From Candidatus Magasanikiibacteriota bacterium (GTDB taxonomy: Bacteria; Patescibacteriota; Patescibacteriia; Magasanikbacterales; GWA2-37-8), in contig JACOYB010000005.1 in assembly GCA_016182085.1 (NCBI GenBank), positions 66,061 to 130,060 on the forward strand: a stretch of DNA of 64,000 bases, written 5' to 3'. The number at the start of each line of letters is the position of its first letter. Position 1 is the stretch's first letter. The notes beneath the pieces are model-generated. The model was not told where the DNA came from. It did no database searches and worked only from the letters and a program-made list of their open reading frames with translations. Shown one piece after another: positions 20,372 to 30,333 of this stretch. The position numbers and the translations under genes are program-made.

Positions 20372-21349
20372 TTATTTATATAGATAAAAACAGGCTGCAT
20401 CGCCATCGTTTTGCGTGTTAAGCGCCTTGGCTTTTTCTCTAAATGATTCAATTTGCTCTTTACTAAACAACGATTTATCCGGCGCTTCGGCATATGATCT
20501 TGGGTCTCGCAGCGGTATATCTTTTATATATTGCTCACTGCCCCAAAACTGCAGATCATTTGAATCAAACACTACATCCATCTTCCTAAAACCAAGCTTA
20601 TTTTTTAACACTTCCATGCTTTTGGTTGTATGTAAATAAAAATGTCTTGGCGCATCTAGCTGCACCCAATTTACTCCATATGTCTTCCACGCATATGTTC
20701 CGGCTATAGGAATGCGCACCAGCAAGCAGCCCCCGGGTTTTAATAATTTTTGAGCCTTAGCTAATATTTCTTCCTGGCCTTCCATATGCTCAAAAGAATG
20801 GTTGAAAATAATCAAATCATACTCACCGCCCATTTCCTGCAGAGATTTTTTATAAATAGTGAGTCCGCCGTCGTATGTTATATCATTTTTAATAAAAGGA
20901 TCCGCGCCGCGCAAATTAGTAAAACCTGATTTTTGTAATTTAATTAAAAGCCGGCCCGAACCGCAACCAACATCTAAAATAGCCGCGTCAAAAGCGGGTT
21001 GTATGGTTTCGAGCCAGGGATAAAAATCTTCGGGGTCGCGATATTTAAGCGACAATAACTTGCCAAGCAAGGTATTTTCCTTATAAATCTTGTACTGAAT
21101 AAGCTTTTTCTTTAAAAAAATTTTAAATGGACGGTGGGTATACGTTACATCTCCAAATGAATAATAATTGTTTGGATAATGCCGGTCCATGTCAGTTGGA
21201 ATTGTAATGATTTGCAAACAACCGCACTCTCCGCATTCCAAATAATCAAACTGTTCACGAAGCCCAAACATCATTTCTTTGACAGCATATACTTTATTAT
21301 CTTTTCTATTCCCGCAAATCTTACAAAAATGTTCGGTATAATTTTCCAT
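20372..21349 (-). CDS. Class I SAM-dependent methyltransferase with N-terminal Cys4 zinc ribbon
   Basis: CKICGN...CGECGC Zn-ribbon. LDVGCGSGRLL is methyltransferase motif I. Confidence 0.8.
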   Translation of the reverse strand: MENYTEHFCKICGNRKDNKVYAVKEMMFGLREQFDYLECGECGCLQIITIPTDMDRHYPNNYYSFGDVTYTHRPFKIFLKKKLIQYKIYKENTLLGKLLSLKYRDPEDFYPWLETIQPAFDAAILDVGCGSGRLLIKLQKSGFTNLRGADPFIKNDITYDGGLTIYKKSLQEMGGEYDLIIFNHSFEHMEGQEEILAKAQKLLKPGGCLLVRIPIAGTYAWKTYGVNWVQLDAPRHFYLHTTKSMEVLKNKLGFRKMDVVFDSNDLQFWGSEQYIKDIPLRDPRSYAEAPDKSLFSKEQIESFREKAKALNTQNDGDAACFYLYK

Positions 21350-21493
21350 AAATATATAGAATTCCTTAGCTAAAATTAACGAAAAACGACTCCGTTTTTA
21401 TAGAGTTAGACACTAAATAATCATACCTGACAAAACCTTGCCGGTCAACTAAATGAAGGCGCTTAAACTTAATATTAATACGAGACAAAAATC

Positions 21494-22294
21494 TTATTGC
21501 CCTTCGGTGCTGACAAAATCATTATAGCGGCTATGCTTAAAGAAATGGCCGATCCAAATCTTATTAAACCAAGGCTGAATAACTTTGTTTTCTAAAAAGT
21601 GATACGGAATCCCTAGTTTTATATTTTCATGAGATTGGTTAAATTCGCAAATAGCCAATCGCTCACCAATAAAATCATTATAAAGTTCTATCTCCGTGCC
21701 TAAAACATCGTCAAAATAACAAAAAAAACGGGGTAAATAATACTTTTCATCAGCCTCCAGCATTTTTAGAGCCACAACTGTTGAAGAATAAAAATCAAAA
21801 TCATACGATACGGCGGCAATCGGCGCGGGATTATACTTTTCAAAAAATTCCTTGGATGTGTCTTTTATATCCCCCAGTATCAATTTAGCTTTTTTCAACT
21901 TCGCCTGCAATCCGGGCACATCCATTTTATAAAAACCTTTTTTCCAATGATACGGCAAGTCGCGATAATCAACCGGTTCTGGCAAACCTTCGCCTGTATC
22001 AAAACCGTAGATATCAATTTCTACGCCAAATATTTTATAGGCTTCTTCCGCATGATATTCAAGGTTTAACAAACCATTTCCTTTAGCTACCCCAAACTCT
22101 AAAACACTTATTCTTTTATAGCCTAATTTTTTCGCTAACGCGGCCGCATTATAAACGCAATAACCATATTCCGGCCGATCTACCGCGCCTAATTTTAAAC
22201 GATCCTCATAAGCGCCAAACTTTTTGACGATCTGCTTGGCAAGAGTGCGCAGCGGATAGGGATCAAAAATTAAATCTTTAATTTTGTTTAACAT
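21494..22294 (-). CDS. Putative SAM-dependent O-methyltransferase (TylF/MycF-like fold)
   Basis: VLEFGVAKGNG is a glycine-rich SAM-binding loop. Its length and position beside the FkbM methyltransferase support the call; the assignment rests on motif only. Confidence 0.4.
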   Translation of the reverse strand: MLNKIKDLIFDPYPLRTLAKQIVKKFGAYEDRLKLGAVDRPEYGYCVYNAAALAKKLGYKRISVLEFGVAKGNGLLNLEYHAEEAYKIFGVEIDIYGFDTGEGLPEPVDYRDLPYHWKKGFYKMDVPGLQAKLKKAKLILGDIKDTSKEFFEKYNPAPIAAVSYDFDFYSSTVVALKMLEADEKYYLPRFFCYFDDVLGTEIELYNDFIGERLAICEFNQSHENIKLGIPYHFLENKVIQPWFNKIWIGHFFKHSRYNDFVSTEGQ

Positions 22295-22325
22295 ACATTT
22301 TTAATGAGTACAGTGGATTAAATTA

Positions 22326-23273
22326 TTATTCACAATAAAAATCCGGTTCTGCTTTTTGTAAAAGTTTAATTGTATAATCAGATCTAATTGATTGAATCAC
22401 AGCCGGCAGCCTTTCTTTGTCCGTTGGCTTGTGATAAGCCGAAAGCGCTAACACCGGCTTATCTCTAATAATTACTTTTTTCGCTCCAAGCAAAACATTC
22501 TCTTCATATCCTTCAACGTCCAATTTGATAAATCCAACTTTTTCCTCTCCGACAAAATCATCAAGCTTTATCACTTCTACCAACTGAGAGTTAGTCGCGT
22601 TTGTTGTGGCGCAAATTGTGGCTGACGAATCTCCAGCTTCAGAAAAGTTAATACTTACCTGTTCATTTTTATCTCCTAAAGCTTTATTTACAGGGATAAC
22701 TTTTCCTTCCAGATTATTTAACTTTATTTGTTTTTTTAAAATTTCAAAAGTAGATGTAATGGGCTCAAAGGCATATACCTTCGCCGCTCCAAGCCGGGCG
22801 CAAAAAATAGCAAACTCTCCCAAATTTGATCCACCGTCTATAACCACCTTATCCCTTATATTATCCTGCGAAAGATTATACTGATTTATTAAAACTGCCT
22901 TTGCATATTCGTCCAATATTCTAAAAATACTTAAAAAGGAATCCTTTTCTTCAAAATCAGCTTCTAAAATAATATTTTTACCCTTATCTGCCAATCTAAA
23001 ATGATGGCGCGGAGCTTTTGTATCCAAAAAGGATGTAATTATTTTCTGATACACCAAGCTTGATACTTCCGACTCTCCTTTGCGCAGCTGCAAGCCCAGT
23101 CTGCATTTTATATAAAAAAGCAAAAGTTTTATCAAAACTCCATGTTTTATCGCCACTTTTAATCTTTCTACTGGGGAAAACAGGATTTCTGTAAATCTAT
23201 CTGCCTGCTTGCCATCTAACCAAAATTCTATCTCTTCGTACGAGCCAAAACTCGCCAATGCTTTATGCGCCAT
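22326..23273 (-). CDS. FkbM family methyltransferase
   Basis: VIDGGSNLGEFAIFCARLGAAKVYAFEP matches the FkbM-domain DxGANxG-like motif. Confidence 0.75.
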   Translation of the reverse strand: MAHKALASFGSYEEIEFWLDGKQADRFTEILFSPVERLKVAIKHGVLIKLLLFYIKCRLGLQLRKGESEVSSLVYQKIITSFLDTKAPRHHFRLADKGKNIILEADFEEKDSFLSIFRILDEYAKAVLINQYNLSQDNIRDKVVIDGGSNLGEFAIFCARLGAAKVYAFEPITSTFEILKKQIKLNNLEGKVIPVNKALGDKNEQVSINFSEAGDSSATICATTNATNSQLVEVIKLDDFVGEEKVGFIKLDVEGYEENVLLGAKKVIIRDKPVLALSAYHKPTDKERLPAVIQSIRSDYTIKLLQKAEPDFYCE

Positions 23274-23385
23274 ATTTTAACTAAGATAAATAAAATTATA
23301 GCTAATTTATTAAGGAGGACTGCATTACTCTATAATAATTAGGGCTTATGATACCACACCGACTATACAAGTCAACTAAAATACG

Positions 23386-23414
23386 TTGACCGAGAAAAAT
23401 TTTTATACTATGAT
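23386..23414 (+). promoter_or_regulatory. Sigma70-like promoter TTGACC-17-TATGAT upstream of the MBOAT gene (near-leaderless transcript)
   Basis: TTGACC at 23386-23391, 17-nt spacer, TATGAT at 23409-23414. The ATG is at 23426. Confidence 0.35.
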
Positions 23415-23425
23415 AGCAATCAAGA

Positions 23426-24922
23426 TTGATAATTCTTACTAAAATGTTATTCAATTCGTTTAGTTTTTTAATTTTCTTCCCGATCGTTACGATCGTTTAC
23501 TTTGTACTCCCCCATCGTTTTCGTTGGTTTTGGCTGCTGCTGGCCAGCTCATACTTTTACATGAGCTTTGTGCCGATTTATATTTTAATACTCGCCTTTA
23601 CCATCATTGTTGATTATGGCGCCGGTTTAATTATTGAACACACGGAAAACAAAACAAGAAAAAGGGTTCTTTTGATTATAAGTTTGCTCGCCAACATAGG
23701 CATATTATCAATTTTTAAATACGCCAACTTTGGCATCAGCAACATAAACGCGCTCGCCCAGATAATAAACTGGAACTATTCCATAAACCTTTTAACAATT
23801 CTCCTGCCCATCGGACTTTCATTTCACACCTTCCAAAGCTTAAGCTACGTCATAGAAGTTTACCGCGGCAATCAAAAAGCGGAAAAAAATTTAGGCATAT
23901 TTGCCTTATACGTAATGTTCTACCCGCAGCTGGTGGCTGGCCCCATAGAACGTCCGCAGCATTTGCTGCATCAATTCAGAGAAAAGCACGATCTTGATTA
24001 TGAAAAAATCGTCTCTGGCCTTAAATTGATGGCCGTTGGTTTTTTTAAAAAAATGGTAGTCGCCGATCGATTGGCAGAGTTTGTAAATCCCGTATACAAC
24101 AATGCTCACAGCTACTCCGGCTGGCCTCTTATTATAACTACCATATTTTTTGCTTTTCAAATTTATTACGATTTTTCCGGGTATTCCGATATCGCGCGAG
24201 GCGCAGCCAAAATAATGGGGTTTGATTTAATGGTAAATTTTAATAATCCCTATAAATCAAAAACGATCGCGGAATTTTGGAAACGATGGCATATTTCGCT
24301 ATCTTCGTGGTTTAAAGACTATGTCTATATACCTTTGGGAGGCAGCCGAGTAAATAAATTGCGATTCAGCTTTAATATTATGGTAGTTTTTTTATTAAGC
24401 GGCTTATGGCATGGCGCTAATTGGACGTATATTTTATGGGGCGGCCTAAACGGCTTATACCTGATAATTGCCCGCTTTACAGAAAATATACGAACTAAGC
24501 TGGCTAATTTATTATTTAAGGATGATTGGAAAACCATGCAGAGTTTCATGCAGATTGGCACTGCTTTTATTTTAATTTGTTTTTCATGGATACTATTTAG
24601 AGCTCAAAGCATAAGTGACGCTTGGTATATTTTTAAAAATCTCTTGGCCGATAAAAATCTTTTAACCGGACTTATAAACCCCGTTTATATTAAACAGCAC
24701 ATTATGCTTGGCCGCGGGTTTTTAAACTTTACCGTTGTTATTGTGTTTATATTTTTAATAGAATGGGCTCATATCTACGCGGAGAAAAAAAATATTCCTA
24801 TTGAACAGGCTTTGGAAAATAAAAAGTGGTATTATAGATGGTCGGTATATTATTTTCTAATCATAGCTATTGCGGTATTTGGAATTCTAACCCCAACAAA
24901 TTTTATCTATTTTCAATTTTAA
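23426..24922 (+). CDS. MBOAT family membrane-bound O-acyltransferase (AlgI/DltB-like), second copy
   Basis: WHISLSSWFKDYVYIPLGG and LSGLWHGANWTYILWG are MBOAT His motifs. 498 aa polytopic. Confidence 0.85.
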   Translation: MIILTKMLFNSFSFLIFFPIVTIVYFVLPHRFRWFWLLLASSYFYMSFVPIYILILAFTIIVDYGAGLIIEHTENKTRKRVLLIISLLANIGILSIFKYANFGISNINALAQIINWNYSINLLTILLPIGLSFHTFQSLSYVIEVYRGNQKAEKNLGIFALYVMFYPQLVAGPIERPQHLLHQFREKHDLDYEKIVSGLKLMAVGFFKKMVVADRLAEFVNPVYNNAHSYSGWPLIITTIFFAFQIYYDFSGYSDIARGAAKIMGFDLMVNFNNPYKSKTIAEFWKRWHISLSSWFKDYVYIPLGGSRVNKLRFSFNIMVVFLLSGLWHGANWTYILWGGLNGLYLIIARFTENIRTKLANLLFKDDWKTMQSFMQIGTAFILICFSWILFRAQSISDAWYIFKNLLADKNLLTGLINPVYIKQHIMLGRGFLNFTVVIVFIFLIEWAHIYAEKKNIPIEQALENKKWYYRWSVYYFLIIAIAVFGILTPTNFIYFQF

Positions 24923-24937
24923 GAAAGCGGCCCGCTT

Positions 24938-26011
24938 ATGCGCAAACTACTCTTAAAACTCGCTCTATTTCTACCGCTGCTCTTAAGCCTGCTTATCATC
25001 CAACGCCTGGCTTATTCAAGCACTCTGTTTAATACTGCCGAAGCTGTGATTTCAAAAGCCTGGCTCAATGAGGAAAACATTGCTTTTACTTTTGATTACG
25101 ACGATCGCGTAACTCATAAATATTACATTAAAAATAATAACCGGAAAAAAGACGTCATTATTTTTGGATCGAGCCGATCGGCAAAAATTAATAATAATTT
25201 TTTTCCAAAAAAATCTTTTTTTAATCATAATGTTACGGGGGCAGAACTTGAAGATTACATAAGCATCTACCAGCTTTATCGCGCCAAAAAAAACATGCCG
25301 GCCACGGTAGTGTTTGGCCTTGATCCTTGGATACTAGATAGCAAAAATGGCAAGCCAAAACGATGGCTAGATTTGCATAAAGAATTTTATGAGTTAGCCG
25401 GCGCTTTCCCTTTTCCTCGCGATCCAAAAATAGCCCTGTGGTACTTAGGCGAACGATTAAAAGCGCCGTTTTCCATCCCCCATTTTCAATATTCTATTAA
25501 AAAAATAGCTCAAAATATACTGCTGGGGCGCGATCATTCTAAATACTACGCTACCAGCGACATTGAAGGATTTCTACCTATTGTTCATGCCGATGGCAGT
25601 ATTGCCGACAGTCTTAAAATAAGATCTAAGAGTTCAGAGCAGGTGGCCTTAGAAATTCAAGCCCTGCCAAGCAAATGCCCAACTGTTTTAAAAAATACTC
25701 TCAGCAAAGAAAAACAGTTCTTATTCATAAATTTTCTAAAAATTCTAAAAGAAGACAATGTTAAAATAATTTTTTTACTCCCCCCTTTTCACCCGCTTGC
25801 CTATAACGAAATCACTTCTAACCCCCAGTGTCATTTATCTATAGAAGCTGAAACATACTTTAGAGATATTGCCCAAGAAAATAATATCCAAATACTTGGC
25901 TCATATAACCCAAATATATACAGCCTGCAAGATGCTTATTTTTACGATTCCATTCATCCAAAACAAGCGGCTTTGGAAGTTATTTTTAAAAAAGAAGGGC
26001 TGATAAAATAA
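24938..26011 (+). CDS. DltD/AlgJ-like secreted or membrane-anchored partner protein
   Basis: Signal/anchor MRKLLLKLALFLPLLLSLLII. DVIIFGSSRSAKI is an SGNH-like block. Immediately downstream of the MBOAT. Confidence 0.5.
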   Translation: MRKLLLKLALFLPLLLSLLIIQRLAYSSTLFNTAEAVISKAWLNEENIAFTFDYDDRVTHKYYIKNNNRKKDVIIFGSSRSAKINNNFFPKKSFFNHNVTGAELEDYISIYQLYRAKKNMPATVVFGLDPWILDSKNGKPKRWLDLHKEFYELAGAFPFPRDPKIALWYLGERLKAPFSIPHFQYSIKKIAQNILLGRDHSKYYATSDIEGFLPIVHADGSIADSLKIRSKSSEQVALEIQALPSKCPTVLKNTLSKEKQFLFINFLKILKEDNVKIIFLLPPFHPLAYNEITSNPQCHLSIEAETYFRDIAQENNIQILGSYNPNIYSLQDAYFYDSIHPKQAALEVIFKKEGLIK

Positions 26012-26100
26012 CCCATTTTAAACATTTTAATTTAATTAGTCGTAATTGACAAAAAATTAAAGGATTGTTAAACTAAACCCAAATAAAATATTTAAATCCT

Positions 26101-27039
26101 ATGAAAATTTTGATAACTGGAGGCGCCGGCTATATCGGTTCATGTCTTATTCCCGAGCTACTCAACGCCGGCCATCAAGTGCGCGTTTTGGACAGTTTGT
26201 TATTTGGGCAAACTTCCCTGCTCCCCTATTTTATAAATAAAAATTTTGAATTTATTAAAGGAGATATTAGAAATGTTGAGTTAGTGCAAAAAGCTGTAAA
26301 CAACATGGATGTAATTATCCATCTTGCGGCTATTGTTGGAGCCCCGGCTTGCAAAAAAGATCCAAAGGTAGCTGAAGAAGTTAATTTTGTAGGCACAGTC
26401 AATGTTAATAACGCGCGAGATGTTTCACAAAAATTATTCTACGCTTCAACGGGCAGTGTCTATGGAAAGGTAGAAGATATTTGCAAAGAAGATTTGCCTG
26501 CCAAACCGCTGTCTAGTTATGGAGAAACCAAACTGCGCGCGGAACAAGAAGTGATGCGCAAGGGAAACGCCATTGCCTATAGATTTGCCACGGCTTTTGG
26601 CTTATCCTCGCGTCTGCGCTTAGATCTCATGCCGAATGATTTTGTATTCAACGCTTTGAAAAATAAATACCTCGTAGTATACGATAAGGGTTTTAAACGA
26701 ACATTTATTCATGTGAGGGACATTGTTTCGGCCTACATGTTTGGCATAAATAATTTTGAAAACATGAAAAATGAAGTCTACAATATTGGCTCTGAAAAAA
26801 TGAATAAAACCAAAGAAGACGTGGCTAATATGATTAGAGAAAAATTGAATTTTGAGATCTTGTTTGTAGATAAGGGCATCCCAGATCCAGACCAAAGAGA
26901 TTATGCCGTTTCATACGAAAAAATTCGCAGCAAAGGTTTTGACACTAAAATTTCATTTGAAGAAGCAATTGACGAGCTGATCTTAGGCCTGCAAACAGTA
27001 CACATCGCCAACCCTTACTCCAACATGTCTTCTTACTAA
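26101..27039 (+). CDS. NAD-dependent sugar-nucleotide epimerase/dehydratase
   Basis: MKILITGGAGYIGSCL Rossmann motif. Extended SDR. Confidence 0.85.
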   Translation: MKILITGGAGYIGSCLIPELLNAGHQVRVLDSLLFGQTSLLPYFINKNFEFIKGDIRNVELVQKAVNNMDVIIHLAAIVGAPACKKDPKVAEEVNFVGTVNVNNARDVSQKLFYASTGSVYGKVEDICKEDLPAKPLSSYGETKLRAEQEVMRKGNAIAYRFATAFGLSSRLRLDLMPNDFVFNALKNKYLVVYDKGFKRTFIHVRDIVSAYMFGINNFENMKNEVYNIGSEKMNKTKEDVANMIREKLNFEILFVDKGIPDPDQRDYAVSYEKIRSKGFDTKISFEEAIDELILGLQTVHIANPYSNMSSY

Positions 27040-27047
27040 AAGCGCTT

Positions 27048-27980
27048 ATGAAGCTAAAGATTTTAGTTCTGGGCGGCAGCGGGTTTGTCGGTCAACATCT
27101 GACCAAAGCTTTACAAAAAACCGAACATGAAATTTTTTCCGCTTCCCGCATAGACGGTCTTGACTTAAGAGATTATACAAATACCGCCGCATATTTTGGC
27201 AACATAAAGCCTGACGTTATTTTTAATTGCGCTGCTCATGTTGGCAGCGTGCATTATGTAACTACCTACGCAGCCGATGTTATCACTGATAACTTACAAA
27301 TGTCTTTAAATATTTATAAGGCGGCCGCAGAGGTTTGTCCGCAAGCGAAGATAGTAAATCTTCTTTCAAATTGCTCATACCCGGGCGCAGCTGACATTCA
27401 AATAGAATCAGAATGGTGGAACGGACCGGTTCATGAGTCGGTTTTTTCTTACGGAAATTCCAAAAAAGCGCTCTATATGATCGCCAAATGTTATGCCAAA
27501 CAACATAATATAAAAAGCGTTAATTTTTTAGTGCCTAACACATTTGGCCCGGGCGACTCTACGGACCCAAATAAAACTCACGCGCTTAACGGAATGCTCA
27601 TTCGCATGATTGAAGCTCAGAAAAAAGGAGATACCCAGTTTGAAATTTGGGGTACGGGCAGTCCGGTGCGAGAATGGGCTTATATTGATGATGTGGTAAG
27701 TATTTTAGTTAAAAGCATGGATATAACAGAGGATCTGTTAGAGCCGGTCAATCTCGCCCAAAACAAAGGCTACACGATCAAAGAATCGGCGCAATTTATC
27801 GCCGAAGCCTTGGGATTTGAGGGCGAGCTTGTATTTAATACTAAATATGCCGATGGCGCGCCGGTAAAAATTCTAGATGATAAAAAATTCAGATCCATGT
27901 TTCCGGATTTTGTTTTCGCCAATCATAAAGAAGGCATCAAAAAAACCGCTCTCTACTATCAATCAAAATTACAGGGGTAA
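27048..27980 (+). CDS. NAD(P)-dependent epimerase/reductase (GDP-L-fucose synthase-like)
   Basis: KILVLGGSGFVGQHL. About 310 aa, Fcl-like size. Confidence 0.7.
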   Translation: MKLKILVLGGSGFVGQHLTKALQKTEHEIFSASRIDGLDLRDYTNTAAYFGNIKPDVIFNCAAHVGSVHYVTTYAADVITDNLQMSLNIYKAAAEVCPQAKIVNLLSNCSYPGAADIQIESEWWNGPVHESVFSYGNSKKALYMIAKCYAKQHNIKSVNFLVPNTFGPGDSTDPNKTHALNGMLIRMIEAQKKGDTQFEIWGTGSPVREWAYIDDVVSILVKSMDITEDLLEPVNLAQNKGYTIKESAQFIAEALGFEGELVFNTKYADGAPVKILDDKKFRSMFPDFVFANHKEGIKKTALYYQSKLQG

Positions 27981-27981
27981 T

Positions 27982-28758
27982 ATGGCCGCAGCAAATGCTC
28001 TTATCGGCTATACTGGATTTGTCGGAGGAAATATTTTAGACCAAAAATCGTTTGATTTTTTGTACAACTCTAAAAATATTGAAACGATTGCGGGCAAAAA
28101 ATTTGACGTGGTAGTCTGCGCTGGCGTACCAGCCGTAAAATGGCTGGCAAACAAAGAGCCCGAAAATGATCGCGCTATTATTAAAAAGTTAACTGATAAT
28201 CTAGAAAAAATAGAAGCCAAAAAATTCATCCTAATTTCTACAGTTGACGTCTATCCAGCTACTAAAAAAATAAATGAAGATTGTGTTATTGACACGCAAA
28301 TCTTGCAGCCTTACGGCAAACATAGACGACAGCTTGAGGAATTTATCTCGCAGCGTTTTGATTCCCTCATTGTCCGATTACCCGGACTATTTGGAAGAGG
28401 ATTGAAAAAAAATCCTTTATTTGACTTGATGCAGGGAAATTTTACTTATATTCATCCCGAAAACACTCTCCAGTTTTATAACCTGGCCTATATATGGAAA
28501 GATATCAATAAATCACTGGAAAATAATCTAAAAGTTGTAAACTTTGTTACGGAACCGGTAGCGCTTAAAGTGCGCGCCGAAAAAACTTTAAAAACCCATT
28601 TGCCGGATAACCCCGCTCCTCCCACTCAATCATACGATATCTCCACCAAACATGCGGCGCTATGGGGAAATACCAACTCTTACCTATACTCCAAAAAACA
28701 AGTCCTAGAAGACATCAAAACATTTATCAGCTCATATAATAAATCACAGACTGGATAA
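27982..28758 (+). CDS. NAD(P)-dependent sugar-nucleotide reductase/epimerase family protein
   Basis: ALIGYTGFVGGNIL Rossmann motif. Start set at the internal Met 2 nt after the upstream stop. Confidence 0.7.
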   Translation: MAAANALIGYTGFVGGNILDQKSFDFLYNSKNIETIAGKKFDVVVCAGVPAVKWLANKEPENDRAIIKKLTDNLEKIEAKKFILISTVDVYPATKKINEDCVIDTQILQPYGKHRRQLEEFISQRFDSLIVRLPGLFGRGLKKNPLFDLMQGNFTYIHPENTLQFYNLAYIWKDINKSLENNLKVVNFVTEPVALKVRAEKTLKTHLPDNPAPPTQSYDISTKHAALWGNTNSYLYSKKQVLEDIKTFISSYNKSQTG

Positions 28759-28780
28759 ACAGTCTGTGATTTATTATATA
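28743..28780. terminator. Bidirectional rho-independent terminator between convergent genes
   Basis: Perfect 11-bp inverted repeat ATCACAGACTG/CAGTCTGTGAT with loop GATAAA, overlapping the stop codon. T-rich tract follows. Confidence 0.6.
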
Positions 28781-28805
28781 TTACTTTTTCTCAAAACTTC
28801 CACCC

Positions 28806-30317
28806 TTATTGATTTTTATTTTCAATATTTGAATCATAAGCAAGCTTTCGCCATTTAAATAACTGCACTAACGGATACACCCAAACAGTTAAAACAATCA
28901 TATATTGGAACCATAATTCAGAGGGCGCGTCCGTGCCGCGCAAAACATGATTATATATCCAAGGAATATAAAAGGATAAAAGCGGCACAATACTGAGCCA
29001 GATTAAAATCTTTTTAAGGAAAATGGATGGCGACAAATAAAGATAGATTAAACCAAACGGTAAAAGCCAAGATATATACCATGGCCAAAATGATTTTTGC
29101 CAAATCGCTAAATAAATGAGCATGCTGATAAAAATCGCGCCCACATACTGGGCTGGCTGCCACTGCGTCCGCTTAAGCAAAACCAAGACAGCTTTCTTAA
29201 ATAATGGATAAATAAAATACAGAGCCAAAAGAAATACGGCTGCATGCAAGGCTCTCGTTAATATCCAATGGGCTTTTTCCGTAAATAATTGTACAAATAA
29301 TGGCTTTAACGAATAATAAGAAGCGGAAAAAATACTGCTGACCGCCCATTTAGTTTGTAATAGAATTGGCTTAAGTATCTGCGGGCCTTGCCAGAAGGGG
29401 TTCCATAGCAAATAGGTCATGAGGATACCGGCCATGATGCCCACAGCCGCTTGGCTCAAGTTTTGTTTCCAATTGGACATATTTGTATCTTGCCACCACC
29501 ACAAGGCAAACCAGGGAGCCATAAGCAAGGGGATAAATTTAACCCAGATTCCTACAACCAGCAATATAATCACCAACCACCAATATTTTTTAATTGCCGC
29601 GAGGATTGCCAGCAGTACAAATACAACCCACAACACATCAAATTGCCCATTCCCCAGCCACTGCCAGACAATCATTGGCTGAACGCACCACCAAAGATAA
29701 AAATTCAATTTTTCAAATTTAGCATTAGAAAGCAATTGTATAATTTTCCAACTCACCAAAGCTGAAACAAATAAACCTAACAGGAGCAACAGCTTCCACA
29801 CTAAGACAAAAGCCAGAAAATTTCCTTGACTCAAGTTAAATACCAAAGTAAAAAAACCAAGCGTTATTGGACCATACATTATACCGTTTAAATTCGTCCC
29901 TTTAGGTTCGCAGGCATACATGTTAGCCATATACCAATCCTGGGCAAATACATTCGTACCCTGGCTCAAGGCCTTACCCGCGCTAAAGTAAAAACTTATA
30001 TCATGCGTGTTTAATGATGGCATCAGTATTGCAGCGAGCAGTAACAATCCTCCAACCGCATACAGCCATTTTTTATGTGTAACAGTTGCTACAGCCGCTT
30101 CGGAATGGATGAGTGTATAAGCAAAAAAAGCGCTTACAGCTAAGGAAGCGATAAATAACGGATAAAATAATAATGACCAGGGTATCCCGGCCAAATTTAA
30201 GCGGCCCAAAAAATTACAGTTTGCGCCGAAATTTATATAAGATACAATGGACCAAACTAAAACTACCAGCCATCCGATAATTCCCGCGCCTATGATTACT
30301 TTAGGTTTTGTAATCAT
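28806..30317 (-). CDS. Polytopic membrane protein, putative GT-C-type glycosyltransferase or polymerase
   Basis: 503 aa, about 14 predicted TM helices, W-rich loops. No soluble catalytic domain. Located within the glycan locus. Confidence 0.45.
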   Translation of the reverse strand: MITKPKVIIGAGIIGWLVVLVWSIVSYINFGANCNFLGRLNLAGIPWSLLFYPLFIASLAVSAFFAYTLIHSEAAVATVTHKKWLYAVGGLLLLAAILMPSLNTHDISFYFSAGKALSQGTNVFAQDWYMANMYACEPKGTNLNGIMYGPITLGFFTLVFNLSQGNFLAFVLVWKLLLLLGLFVSALVSWKIIQLLSNAKFEKLNFYLWWCVQPMIVWQWLGNGQFDVLWVVFVLLAILAAIKKYWWLVIILLVVGIWVKFIPLLMAPWFALWWWQDTNMSNWKQNLSQAAVGIMAGILMTYLLWNPFWQGPQILKPILLQTKWAVSSIFSASYYSLKPLFVQLFTEKAHWILTRALHAAVFLLALYFIYPLFKKAVLVLLKRTQWQPAQYVGAIFISMLIYLAIWQKSFWPWYISWLLPFGLIYLYLSPSIFLKKILIWLSIVPLLSFYIPWIYNHVLRGTDAPSELWFQYMIVLTVWVYPLVQLFKWRKLAYDSNIENKNQ

Positions 30318-30333
30318 ACACCCAAATTAAAAT

